A program made the translations under genes and the position numbers. A stretch of 64,000 nt of DNA from Trichoplax sp. H2 (taxonomy: Eukaryota): contig NOWV01000002.1 of NCBI GenBank assembly GCA_003344405.1, forward strand, positions 372,001 through 436,000, in the 5' to 3' direction. This document shows, one piece after another, positions 50,217 to 63,928 of this stretch; position 1 is the first letter of the stretch; every line of letters begins with the position of its first letter. The notes under the pieces are model-generated. The model was not told the origin of the DNA, did not search any database, and worked only from the letters and a program-made list of their open reading frames with translations.

Positions 50217-53200
50217 ATGCCTTGTGAAATCGATATGAGTGGGGCACAAGACGAGTCGAAAGAATATGGAGAAAGTAGCGATAGACGTAACATGGTAAGT
50301 CCATCTTATCGATCGATAAGGATAGTACAACAACGCAATGTCCTGCTACACAGTGGATCACTTTACTCGAAGTGATGACATCTTTAGTATTTATAGTCGC
50401 TAAACGCGGTATTTTAATCGTCGGTTTTTACTTAACTTCGACAAGATGCGCTAAGTTTCTCTTAGTACAGTATAACACAGGATAATGGTGCAGTAGAATG
50501 ATATCAATTAGAATGCATTCGCTCGAACGTTGTCGCCCGTCATGATAATTATACATTATCCAAGATCACATAATGTAAATTATTGCCGAGTATTTTATTA
50601 CACCATCAAAAGATACTCTTTATCTGCACGTATACAAAATGTATGTCCATAACACAGGTAACTTTCCCTCTTGTTAGCTTTTTTTAACTGTAAGTAGAAA
50701 CTATTCCAGAATTTTTTTTTTCAAATTATATATACATTTATGATGGTTTCCTGACGTTAAAATCGAGCTGTTATTTCTAGCGATAGTCAATTTTTCAGAG
50801 TTGCTACCTTTTCACCATACACGTTAATCAGACACTTTCTCCTATCGAAGAGATTTTAATAGACTTACTTATTCACTCGTGCAATCTTTTATGGAGTATT
50901 TGATAAAAGTACAATTCTCACCTGTGGTGTTCTCAATAGTGTGGACAGATGCTATCTTAGGCGATCGTGAGAATTAACTAAAATATATCATGTTATGATT
51001 CTTTTTTTTGAATAGAAATTACTGCCCAGGAAAAGATCCAAATATATGCAACCAGGTAAAAACAGGCTTTGCATATTTTTCTTCGTGTTTGATATGTTTT
51101 GTAGACGTACAATCTCTTATGTTCGCGTGGATGTGCACGTATCAGTCTTGGTCTCTTATTTTTATGTTTGTACACCCCCTAAGATCATACGGTACAAGGG
51201 CAGGGATAGTAAAAGGGAAGGATAAGTACCACAATTTTATAGTCTATAGGGAATGTAATACTGTTAAAAGAGGATAGCTTCTCGATAACTTTACGATAAG
51301 TGCGATAGAATTTGTGTCAAGCATCCAATCAAGTAATCAAACTTTGTATCCACTAAGTGTATTGGAAGAAATCATAAATCGAAATCAATTACGCTCTGTG
51401 ACCATCAAGTTGTTATAATATACTCGTATGCGCAACGTCTAGACTAAATCAACTTCTGACTATTTTATTTACCGTCAAGACAAGCTGCTGCAACGATGAT
51501 TACTCAAATTTTCTTTTCTACCCGTCCTACTGTAGAGAAAAAATTTCTGTCAATACTTGTCTTGATTGATCTAGATACTCGATAATGAACTGATTAATTA
51601 GTGAGGCTATTAGGTTAAATACGGTATGCATCATCATAACTATAACGGCATCCTTACTCGACTTTTTTTTCAGTCATGTTTACGGTAAACCCTGAACTTA
51701 AGTTATCGATTGATTTGTACTGATACTCTTTCAATCGACCGGCGAATTTACCACTTGTTGCTTTATTAGGTTCTATTCGTTTTACTATTGATCACTCGCG
51801 ACTCCTGATTTAGTAAACATAGAATTCCATTTATTTAGAGTGTAGAAGTTCATTAAAAATCAGTGAAGTCGAAGTGGAGGAAAGTAGAATCTTGGATTGA
51901 TACCAACTTTTGTCATATCGATAAACAGTACTATAGGTTCTGTAAGCATTCTATGCGCATCTCTTCACGTACAGTATTTCGTTACGTTTTTAGCTAAAAT
52001 TGGATCGTCTATTTTCTATATGTTCCGCCTATTCGCGCCCAGACATACTCTAACTTAATTTACTAACTGTAGAATCAAATTTAAGATCAGGCCTGTTCGA
52101 GTACAGGGACTATTATTATTCTCAGCGCCTGCAATAGATAAAAATGATTTTACTACTGCAGGCATTGTTTTTGCTTGAGGTATACTTTCGTTCTCCTTAC
52201 CTTTGATTAAAGTTTTGCTGTCATGATTTCTACTAGCGTTTATTGCCTATAATTGTAATCAGTAATTGCTCTTACCATTGTACAATCTCGGATATCTACT
52301 TAATTAAGCTCTGTATTATTTTTATTAACACTTCCTGAATAATGCTGAAGTAACCACCGCGATTTAATTGAGCTATCGTAATTATTATTGCAGAAATATT
52401 AAACGCACTTGTTTATGATTTCTACTACAGCAAAGGACTGCTTTTATTTTTGTAACCTTTTAAATCAGCTTCAGTACACATAATCGATTATTTACAATTT
52501 TTTCACGAGCAAGACGCACATTTTATATATACTGCCGATTCGAATTTGTCATTGCCACTGAGAGAGAGCAGATTTACTTACGATCACCTAGAATGAGTAA
52601 TGTGTAGTAAAATAGATAGATAATTCTGTATGCGTGCTATCACTCAAATTACAGTATTTCCTTAGGTTATAACTGAATTAAAAATACACCGCATTTTATA
52701 GATTTAACGGTAAACATTTCAGTAACTAAGTACTGTAATGCATTACTAATCATGGTATCATTTGTTGACTGTTCCAGTATGTGCATTTTTCATATTTAAC
52801 TGTTATATTATTAGTATAATACTTCTCACAGGAAGAGTAGATATGATATATCCTTTGTTGCGAGAATACTGTCATTTTTTTGAATAGCATAACTAACTAT
52901 AACTTCACCTTTTAAATGGCTATGTATTTCATAGAATATCTGGAATCTCAAATCTTCGATCATTCCTCCGTTGAAATTAGTGATCTTGCAAACGACTGCA
53001 TTAACGAACTTGAAGTAAACTCTAATCGCCATGACAGTAATAATCTCGTGAGTTTTTAGTAAACAGTTTAATTAATTAATATACAAACTTGCTACAACTT
53101 AATTTTAATTTTATTCTTATACAGAATTGTAATAGTCCAATGAATCATTTGTTTCGATTTCATCAACCCTATACCGACGGTTTGATGGGTCGGGATGGAG

Positions 53201-55311
53201 TTATACCTTCTCTTAGCACTCCGCCTGGGCCATATGATATGAGAAGCCCCAAAACTGGTCATACACCTGGTGAATTAATGTCCCCTATGGACTTTGCGAG
53301 GAACAACAGCTACTTTGGACAACATATCCTGTAAATTAATTAGATTTCACTGTTGCTTTAGTTTTAAAATCATAATACTATGCTCATACCATGCAATATC
53401 GCACCGCTATTTTACAGTCATCCTTTACAACCAAGCCCGACATCTATTCCTAGTTACTACCCTAGTTATCGAGGATCAGTTTCGCCGCCATTTCATCACA
53501 CCGGTTTATCACCTGATACTACTCATCCTAGTTATTTACGTGGTCCTTTTCACTCGCCTCTTAGTCAAGGTCCAATTGTGGCTTTAAATAACGATGGGCA
53601 ATTAAATCCAGCTAATTTTCAAGCATCTATTAATAAGTAAATATATGCTGTCTCTTAAATACGTATTCTTATGTGACTAAAATACTTGCTTTAAAGGAGG
53701 TTTAATATTAATTAACTCCTATGGAATTAGTTCTCTCAATGTAGGCGAATGTATGAATGGGAATGGGATATCACATAACATGGCCAACTTGTCACCAAGT
53801 AATGAAAGATTTTGTTATATAGTCGTAGTTGGTGTATGTATTACTTGTAGTAATAATTATTAACGATGCTCAACTAAGCTGAGTTTCATTACGCGCTTCA
53901 ATTAGATGCTAGAAGAGATGAGAATAAGAAGCCTCATATTAAAAAGCCATTAAACGCTTTCATGCTATTTATGAAAGAAATGAGGCCGGCTATTGCTAAT
54001 GAGTCCGGTCTAAAAGAAAGTGCTGCCATTAATAAAAAACTTGGAGAGCAGGTTTGTACTATCGTTGATTGTAATATAAGCATTATATTGTGCCTTTACA
54101 ATTAGTTCAAGATTATACTCAAATATAACGTTAGTAGTATTGTGAAAGTTATCGGCGTCTTACCTAGATTATGTATGTCTATAATTTGATAGTGGCATTC
54201 CTTGGATAAAGAAGAGCAACAAAAATATTACGATTTAGCTCATGAAGAACGAACATCACATATGAAAAAATATCCTAATTGGAGTGCACGAGATAATTAT
54301 GCTCGTCGCAGTCGAAAGAAGAAGAAGAGAAAGGATAAGATGCAAGCTGACTCAGGTACTGTAATACAGTACTTTAATACTAATTGATTGTAAAGATGAT
54401 TGCAATAGTTAACTTACCTGCAAATGGGCTTGTTCAACTACGAAATTGTAGGATTTAGAATAAAGACGTACAGTACTCATATTTAGACGTGATGACTGAT
54501 GGTTAGTCGTATCATAACATTGTTATAGAATCGGTCGCAACATTCGGAATCTTTCATGCTCTATATACTCTAGATCCAGTAATGTAGCGGAGTAATAAAA
54601 TACGGAGCGATTATTAATAAACATGAGCTTATTCGGACAATAAAGGATAAAATTGTTAGCAATTATTATAAAATTCCAGTTGAATGTATACCGTTGCTCC
54701 ATTACTTTTCTCGAAACAATTTAAATATAATTAATTTGCCACATGATCAGACATAATTAAACTTTCCGTATGAAAATAACGCTATTATTACGAGTAAAAA
54801 ACATCAAGTGTTAATAATTATACCATTATCAATGTTAGTTCATGCCTTTATAGCTGATACGGTTTATAGTAAGTAAGCACTGGCAAAATAACCGCGATAA
54901 GTTATACAGTTAGTCAGCTAAATATATATTTTCTACGTAAATGCAAGAGATGGACTGTAAAAGTAATCACTAAAGTAATTTTGCAACTTAGAATAAAAGC
55001 ATCTTAAATGAAAGTGATATTACCTAAGAGGCCACTCTTTATCAATACTAAATTTTAGATGGAAATACCACAAAGAAATGTAGGGCTAGATATGGTATTG
55101 AAAATACTGCAAAATGGTGTAAACCTTGCAGGTCAGTTTACGGCGAAAGTAAAGAAATTTCTTTTGCATACTGGAAGTAAGTAGGTCTATTGTTTATTTT
55201 ACATGTTTATCTCCATTTATAACTCATAGGCGTAAGAAGAGATGCGAAAGATTCGGATCCACAGAAGCAGCTGGCACTGAAAGAGATGATTCAGTTGAAA
55301 GTGATTCCTAA
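50217..55311 (+). CDS. TCF: TCF/LEF family transcription factor (Wnt effector) with HMG box, basic tail and C-clamp; 8 coding exons, ~344 aa
   Basis: Exons 50217-50294, 53125-53330, 53418-53636, 53731-53798, 53906-54051, 54193-54355, 55059-55131 and 55230-55311 join in frame. HMG box: [19 protein letters not shown]...[50 protein letters not shown]. Basic tail: RKKKKRK. C-clamp: [25 protein letters not shown]. Exon 1 ([19 protein letters not shown]) is assigned by weak similarity to the beta-catenin-binding N-terminus plus a GTAAGT donor. Confidence 0.93.
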
Positions 55312-57321
55312 AAATGGAAATGGAATAAAAATTATAGTTAATCATCAGTTTATTAGATATCCTGACATCCATTAGACAGCTTGCCTGCAATTTTGCGTCC
55401 ATTTTGATTTGAATGTCATCATTCATGTTATCAATTTGTAAATATTTTGATACTAAACCTCTCGGAAGGACATTAACAACTTTTCTATAATGCCGTATTT
55501 GAAAAATCATTTATTTTGTATTATACGGTTGGTAAAATTTTATAAACGAATGAGGAAACATTAAATAACCTATATCCAGTAGCAAATAAAATATTAAAAC
55601 GATCTGCTTAGTACAATAATAATTTTTATACTGTCTTGGTCGATTTGTTAATTGTTACAAGTAGAACATCGATGTTCAATACTACTGTACTTTAGGATAA
55701 AAAATTGGTCAATTTGACCTTTAAACTAAGTATCGTTGGCAATGTTCAAATCTTTTTCGGCCAGCATAATAATTATTCAAGCAGTAAACTTTTCAAATTG
55801 TAACTATGATGAAATGCTGACCGCACGTTGCTTGACTATATTTAAAAATAGTGATAGCTCTGTATAGCCTTGAAGTTTACTATATTGTAAAAGTATTAGA
55901 GACTGTTACAAAACTACTGGATATTTTGATAAATAAATTGGTAAACTATCGTCATGACTATTTCTTTATGTTATAACTCGTGAAAAATTTTGAAATAAAT
56001 CAGTTATCCGATAATTTGTATGCTAAAACAGATTGGTTCATTCTCAAGCTAATACTTTTTATCCGCAATTAATTTTATATCCTGTAGGCAATACCTAGGG
56101 TGAATCAATGTTTAAGTTGTTACAACGTTTAATTAGCAAATATTACGCTCATACAGTAGAATCATCTGTAATATTATGGTTTAGTATACGTATTGTAATA
56201 TGATCAAGTAAAATTAGCCTCGCAATTCGGATAGTTACATTTATTTCATTGAATTGCATTGTAAAGAACTTACAGTATAACAATCCAGCTATTTACTGTC
56301 TATGTAGAAGCTATAGTGTTACGAAAACAACTTGGCTAATTACATGGTGAATCTATTGTAATATGGCGGTGGACTATGAATTCACTTTGAAATAAACTGT
56401 AAATGTGTGTAAAAATGCATTATGGCTATAGCACACTATTTATGACACAGGATTATCTCTGGTTAAAAAAATTGATTCGTTGATATTGGTCAAGTCAATG
56501 ATGAAATAATATATTACGATTTCTACGGTTAGTTTGATCCTTCATGAGATAATTTATTGATTAAATTTATTTGACGATTATAGCTACAAACAGTTCACGG
56601 CCTTACAGATAAGATCTTAATAAAGTAATATATTGATCATTGATATCCAACCTACAGCAGCGAAAATGTTGTACGACATCTAATTTGCAATAATATCTTT
56701 ATATAATATCATATATTACAGAAAGAAAGAATAATAATCTGTCAATATATATATTGCGACTGTTGAATACCAAACAGTGGGTTAATACGTTTTACATCAT
56801 TGTACCTCGCTGTACGAATAATTACTTTTAGTATATTACATGAAATCACATCATAATATTATCAGAAGATGACTGATAGTCATGTTAACCTTTTATTCCA
56901 AGTAATGAGTAGCACGGCGACTGTTAATTGCCATGATACCCTTTCTACGTCATTTCTAAAATAGGAGTACTTGAACTTTAGATATATTTTAGAATACTTT
57001 GGACTATACGTTGGAGCTTTTATGTACTGGTCTGTAAATAAGTATAATCTGTCGTTATAGTAGAGTAGAGAGATAAAGTTAGGACTATAATAATGATAGG
57101 ATTCAGCATTTTAACCTTATTTAAAAGGAAATGATACTTTTTTACTATAACATAAGATAAAATTCTTTATAGTCTGTTTCTATTTGACAAGCATGCCCGT
57201 AAAATTGATACGACGTAATTCTAGTTTATACATTAGACAATTTTTAAATTATTTTGGGTTATTAATCAAAGCCTCAATTTCCATTAATTTGCTGTATCTA
57301 CAATAATCATATCAGAGTAAT

Positions 57322-60300
57322 TTATTTTTTTGTCACAGCGAAGTAAATGATTAAAATAATGATTCCTATTATAACTAAGATGATAATTGCAACCATAATC
57401 TTGTGCTGCATCGCTCTAAATAAATAAATTAAATGATTAAGTTAAAATAAGCTGAGTTTCATTACATAAAGATGTACTTAGATAGTTACCTTCTGTACAT
57501 TCTCTGTAATACCCTATTGCTCTTGCTGAGATCCTGGTTTATTCCGCGTAGCTATAGTAAGGGACAAATTTTTAAATGCTACTAATCAAAAATTTATAAA
57601 ATCTACCTCTAGTAAACGGCAAATTTAATCACTTAGAGATACTCATGATCCGTAATTGAAAATTTTATGCAGATACATGTTGTAAATTAGAAAAGGTGAA
57701 ATCTGCATTATACTTACTCTATCACGCGATCTCTTAATCTTCTCTCGATCACTATCCAAATTAGTCATTATATCAGCCCCTACTTGTTCTAATTAATTTA
57801 ATTACAAGAGTTAACTACTTTCAAAAGTATCATTCTAATCAGGTATGGAGTATTTGGTAGTTTTAATTAATAGGGGATTACCTGTTTCTAAAGCTATTCT
57901 TAATCCATCATCTAATCTGTTATTGGACTTATTTATTCTGTCAGAGTTCTCTAGTAGGCGTGTTCTCTGCGGTTACAAAGAAAACACAAATATCATCAAC
58001 AATAAAGAATCTACTATTGATGTAATCAAATAAATATAAAATTACTTCAAATATAATACCACTACATACTTGATCTTCTGAAGTATAGTTATAGTCTTCT
58101 TCACTTCCTAACAAACGAGTTCTTGCTGTAACAGAGTCCATTAAAGCAACACGAGCTTTCCGCTGTTAAATAGAAAAAGATAAATTAATAATTAATATGA
58201 TTTTACCAAAGCAGTTTTTTACTGGAGACGGACATAAATCGACGATTGTGACTGCAGTTTAGCATAAGTTAAATAAAAGTAAATAGTTGCTTCCAAATCT
58301 TTTCAACTACTATTGCAGAATGGTTTTGTAATAGAGGTAAAATAATGGCTAGTAATAGGATAATACTATCATTTTACATAATTTAATTAATTTGAGTTGT
58401 AGTAAAATGTCCAGCATTATTGAGCATGTACTTTTGATCTTGCTGTAGTTTAAATGGAGCATTTTCTAAATTATGAGTAAGTCGAACAAAAGAACATTCT
58501 ACGCGTGATGTGGGTTGAATTCCAAATAAATGCTCGACAAAACGGCTTACAAAATCGAGCATCCCTCAATTTAACTTTCAAGATATTGATATAGGCATAA
58601 TTCAGATTACGGACGTCGATCTCATACTGTAGCTCTGTCAAACTATCGTCAACAAGAAGCTATTTCAGTTGTATTAGAGTGCATTACTGTTTATAAGCAT
58701 AACAGAACGTATCAATAGTGTTAGATACAGTAAGGACAATAGTCCGATTTGTACCAAGTACATAGACACGGACTTCTAAGAAGAGGAAAGAAGTCTCTGA
58801 TATCAATATACACAGGGGTTAAATAGCATAGCGCAAAATTCCACCTTGAATCATAATAAGCCTATCATCCTAATTCAGAAAGATTCCTAAGCTCAAAAGT
58901 TGATAGCATGTTATGGATTGTAAAATGCAGAAATTCTCTTACAAAGTTGGTCTCCAAATCCTTATATTCTGCATTGTAGTTGTTCCATTTTTTCGCCAAT
59001 TCTGATCGAGCAGTGGAAGGAGCATCACGCACTTCCAAATCCATTTGCTCTATCTATATAATCATTCATGATAACAAGAGATATGTAGAATTTGTTTCGA
59101 ATATTCAATTTAATTCAATTAGCTGGATAGGATAGGTACAAGCATAACAAAGACTTAAAAAGACAGTTTTAACGTTAAAGATGATGTGTCTGATTGATCA
59201 TTTAGAACTCTTTTAGTTCTGCTTTACTATTTTCAGTGTCATTATCAAGTTTAATTTTGCGATTGATTTGAATAATTAGGTGTATGTATGTGACTTCTAG
59301 AGAAATTCATATGTAAAATGTTCCATTATGGATTATTAAGCGATTCTTTAGTAATTCATGGATAATTATATAATTGTAAACGGTAGGTGATGTGCTACAG
59401 CAGGATGACAAACTTAACATAGATCATATGAATAGTTAGAATAATACACCCAGTTTTGCTAAGCACGCGACATTAGTAATTGAATAGAAGCAAGACTACA
59501 CCATACATGGTTAGAAGAAGCTAGGTCATTGTCGCTGCTACTCTCTATTCACATAACAGTTATGTAGAATAACTCAAGGTACAGTACAGTCTATATGAAA
59601 GCGGAATATACCGTATGAAATTAGGATTATTTTTTAGCGTATACGCCTACAGTTGTATTGAGTACGTTCGCTATGTAAACCTAAGTAGAGTCTTCTACTA
59701 AAGTGAATCTATCTTATCCAAAAGGATGCAATTTAATTTTATGAAATAGCGTATTCAAGCATTGATATCAAGAGTAGGAATACATATTAAACTAAGATAT
59801 AAAACTTATTCTTTTAACGTGGACGACTTTGAGTGTAGGGTATGGACGAGATGTAAGAAATTTTGATCATTTTAGATAGGTCAATGAAACCATGATTGCT
59901 GGTAAATACGCCATATGTCCAATATAGAAACTTACCAGTTCTTTCATATCCTCTAAACTGTGTTCACAGTCATGAATGACAGCCTTTTTCTCATCTACAA
60001 AGGACAAAGACATTGATATCAATTGATGTATTCAATATTAGTCTTAGCGATTTTAAACAACGTCGTTTCCACTCCTAGAACACCCTACCATGAAGGTTAA
60101 GCTGTGGGTAATACTACCTAGTATAGTGGTGACTACAACTATAATACGTACTGTATCCATTCAAAAATTGAAAATTGGCCTGCTCCATAACTCTACAATC
60201 ATTCATGCTGAATTTTCTCCGTGGTTGTATAGGAAAAACTAGCCATACATCACTAAACGATCAAGTGATCAAAGTAAAGTATTTACAAGACTGTACTGAC

Positions 60301-60559
60301 TCAGTGATATTGCAAAAAACTGCAAGAAAACTCTGGGATAAATAGCCTACAAGGACATTCATTAGCCTCTCGTGGATAGCAATATTGGCTCCAAGTGACT
60401 GTAGAATGCTTATTATGATTGATCATCATTGGACATTGTGAGATAATACATAGAATTGACCATCTTACCTCCATTTAAATTGGGTATACGATTGATCTTG
60501 TAGGAGATATCTGCTACTGAAGCAGAAAATTGTTGTTCGTAATTTTCAAACAAAGACAT
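57322..60559 (-). CDS. VTI1A: Qb-SNARE VTI1A, 8 coding exons, 221 aa
   Basis: Exons 60559-60469, 59994-59936, 59053-58943, 58162-58070, 57966-57882, 57788-57718, 57551-57490 and 57415-57322 join in frame. Translation: MSLFENYEQQF...DEKKAVI...IEQMDLEVRDAP...EDQRTRLLENSDRINKSNNRLDDGLRIALETEQVGADIMTNLDSDREKIKRSRDRL..., ending in a transmembrane helix IMVAIIILVIIGIIILIIYFAV. Confidence 0.92.
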
Positions 60560-61044
60560 TGCACCTACAAATCGGGCATTCAAATTTTGTGCTTGGAAAA
60601 GAGGAAAAAGGACAAAAGCTGTTGGCCGGTTGTACCGATTGAGAGGGGAAACGCTGTACTTTTGGATTAGGGTTTACACTAGTTATTCTGTTTCCACTGA
60701 CTCCAATCCTATGGCACAGCCCTGTACTGCCAGTAGTACAGTATATTGTACAGTACTGTACAGTACAGTACGCGTGGTCAATACCGTACAATACATAGTA
60801 CGGTATCCACTAGAGGTTCAAGAACAATTTTTTCTTTCTTTTTCCTCAAGTGTAGAACTGATTAAAAAGGAAAAGTAACAAACATACAGTACACTGTTTT
60901 ACAACTGACTGACAGTGAGTTACTGATTGGACATTGTACTGTTCAGTGTACATAGTAGTTTCTTATATTTTGTAATTATACAGCATTCTAGTGCTTAGAA
61001 AAGCAGTTTCAGGTGCTCCAATATAATTACGTAACTACAGTGTA

Positions 61045-61535
61045 CAGTTGGTCAAACTTTGTAAAACCCTGCGTGTCCCTTCTGGCTCACCGTACTACAG
61101 TACTGTACTGTACTGTACAGTACTGTACTACATAGTGGTGTTACCCGAATAGTGAAGTGTTGATCAAGCAGCAGTCAGCAGCAAAATATAAAAGCGTAGT
61201 ATGACATCATTAGACATCATCTGCGATCTTGGATATCATGTTAGTCTCTAGTGTACTGTACAGTACACTAGAGACCCGCTATACTGTACAGTACATACTA
61301 CACTGTGCAGTTGGTCAAACTTTGTAAAACCCTGCGTGTCCCTTCTGGTTCACCGTACAGTACTGTACATACTACACATAGTACAGTACAGTAGTGTACA
61401 GTATAGTACTGTAATACTGGAACGTACTGTACTGTACTGTACTGTACAGTTTGGACGTACTACGTAGTGGTGTGACCCGAATAGTGTAGTGTTGATCTTG
61501 CAACAGTCAGCTGTCAGCAGCAAGATATAAAAGTG
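61045..61535 (+). repeat. Diverged direct duplication (copies ~61045-61196 and ~61308-61535), each ending in TATAAAAG
   Basis: Both copies share CAGTTGGTCAAACTTTGTAAAACCCTGCGTGTCCCTTCTGG(C/T)TCACCGTAC, a variable TACTG-type tract, TAGTGGTGT(T/G)ACCCGAATAGTG(A/T)AGTGTTGATC and GTCAGCAGCAA(A/G)ATATAAAAG. Confidence 0.92.
61244..61275. repeat. Perfect 32-bp palindrome GTCTCTAGTGTACTGT|ACAGTACACTAGAGAC
   Basis: Read directly. It lies between the two duplicated copies. Confidence 0.95.
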
Positions 61536-61547
61536 CGGTGGCTCACA

Positions 61548-61758
61548 AAGGGAATACGCAAGATGTCATACGGAGCACAGTAACAAGCTTCGCATGCGTA
61601 CAGTACTTTTATGCTCAGGTCCCAGTGAAACAAGGAAGGGAATACGCAAGAAGTCATACGAAGCACTGTAACAAGGTACGCATACGTACAGTACTTTTAC
61701 GCTCAGTTCCCTGTCAAACAAGGAAGGGAATACAGTACGCAAGATGTCATACAGAGCA
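61548..61758 (+). repeat. 88-bp tandem repeat, ~2.4 copies
   Basis: AAGGGAATAC starts at 61548, 61636 and 61724. The first two units differ by scattered substitutions. Confidence 0.93.
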
Positions 61759-63928
61759 GGCTTCGGACATCATGTTTTGATTGATTTATTTGATATCACC
61801 ATTTTTGAACTGGAATATTAGTCCAGAACGTACAAATGTACTCACTAAGGTAGTCAGTGATGGGCTTCTCCATACACAAACTTGAAGTCAAGTGCTCAAC
61901 AGAGTGTATGTTGCTGGCGACTTTTGGGGCTAACTTCTTCCGAGTACAGATGCTAAAAAGGTTTTACATGGTGTATCTCAACCAATAGGAGATATGCTGT
62001 ATACGTGGTGGGCACCATTTTGGTTCAAATTAGGAGATTGACTTCACTACAGCAATAAAATAGTGCGAATGGGTAGCACTCGAAAGATGCGTATACTGTA
62101 ATGAGTACGATACTCGTATCTAGCGACAGATTCTATTCATAGGATTTCATACCTACGGTAGAAAGTAAATAATAATATTACTGTATACATGAACAAAATA
62201 AAAGGAATCATGAATACAGTACGTAATACAGTACTATTAATAACTCCAAAAAAATGACATCATTGAGTAATGTTATCCAATAAACTCTCTCAAGTATTAC
62301 CTGATGAAAATAAGAATAAAATGATTGCAAGCATTTTACTCCATTAATTTAAATCTGCACATTACTGTACTGTACAATTAATAGACGCAAATACGGCTAA
62401 ATGTCAGCGTACAGTAAGAAGCATAATTTGTTGAGCTCTAAACATACGATATTATTATGTGCTGATCGATTCTGCCGGCAGTTCATTATAAAATTTTAAA
62501 TGTCTGCAACAAGTCTCTTTATTGTATGTAAATGGTAACAGTTGGATAACAATGATAGAATATGAAAATATACATGGATCACTGGTAGAGAATTATTAAC
62601 ATTGTCTTATTTACCTTCGGTTTGTTACTCCATAATAAAAATGCCAAATCGTAGACCACATCGATTATATTAATCAAGCCAAGACGCAATCGGACAGGTT
62701 GTAATTAATATATTTTACCTTGAGTTTGTTTTGGAAATGATCGTTCAAAGTACTTGCGCCGATCCAAATCGATCACGAATGTGACACGTATGACGTATCA
62801 ATATTCAAAGCTTTAGCAAGTGTGTGCAGTATTGGAGATGCAATGTAGCGTAATATAAGGTAAAGTAAAAAGTACAAGTACGGTACGTGAAGTATCACCA
62901 GCGAGGGCTCCACTAGTTAATATTAGGAAAGCTATCAATGTATCTGAGGACCTTCTAGCAGGAAAGTGTGAGGACTATTGGAAGGTGAAGAGCTTTTCAT
63001 TACCATGATAATTTCATAGACATCGAAAGTAGCTATTATATTAATGCTAACGAGTAAGTTAATTATTCAATACATTTCAACTTGAACAGAATATGCTAGT
63101 ACGGGTATAATGCCCCCAAAATTCTTAAAATTTAGAATATATTTTGAACAAGAGGGACAGCATAACCATTGTTCTACTTTAATCATATGGCCAAAAGTCA
63201 ACATCCACTGATTTTATTGCGACAGATTTACATTCACAGGATACAAAATAATACGGCTGAAGATATAGGCATACGATACAGTAAAAACAGTAAATCGAAT
63301 ACTCTAGATTTTTCTGTCTCTACGTAGAGAAACGTATATATATATATATTAACAAGTAAATTAAATTATACTATTTGCATCCGTGTATTGCAGAAACCCA
63401 CATCAATTCGCAGTTATTATATACTTGTATAACTGTCTGAGACAATAGCATCGTTTTTGTTGGCATTCATAATCAATTTGAGTAAGCGACTATTCTATTT
63501 CACCGTTGGTATTGTATCCCAATGCAGTATCTACAGTACATTACATGACAGAAAAATCATGAAATTAAGCATCATTTAGTAATTCGTAATAATATCTCCA
63601 ACGTATGAGCATTGCGGAAATTTAAAATATTTCTCACATAATAAATACAAATCATACAAAGAGTTGGTGTTTCCTTGGATGCGTGTATTTGTAAAGTTAT
63701 ACTAGTAAGACCGTGAGTATTTACTAAAACATGCTGTAAGGTGGAGACCAGCGCCACACGCCTTCAATAGAAGAGTAGATCCACGCTTAACTTTTAATTG
63801 CAATACAATTGAGTGTCTTGACATTTCTATATCCAGATCCTTATCATCGTATATGCGTGTGATCATATGAACATTAAGGATGAATCATGACCTGGTAATA
63901 CCAGGCAATAAGAACTCTGTAGTTGTTG

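Noticed and set aside
61546..61780. 80-aa ORF 61538-61780 (+)
   Set aside because: It is a translation of the 88-bp repeat with a non-ATG start. The unit length is not a multiple of three.
61790..62060. Slightly GC-richer segment resembling a coding or transposon fragment
   Set aside because: The frames examined are interrupted by stops and no motif was recognised. A BLASTX search would be needed.
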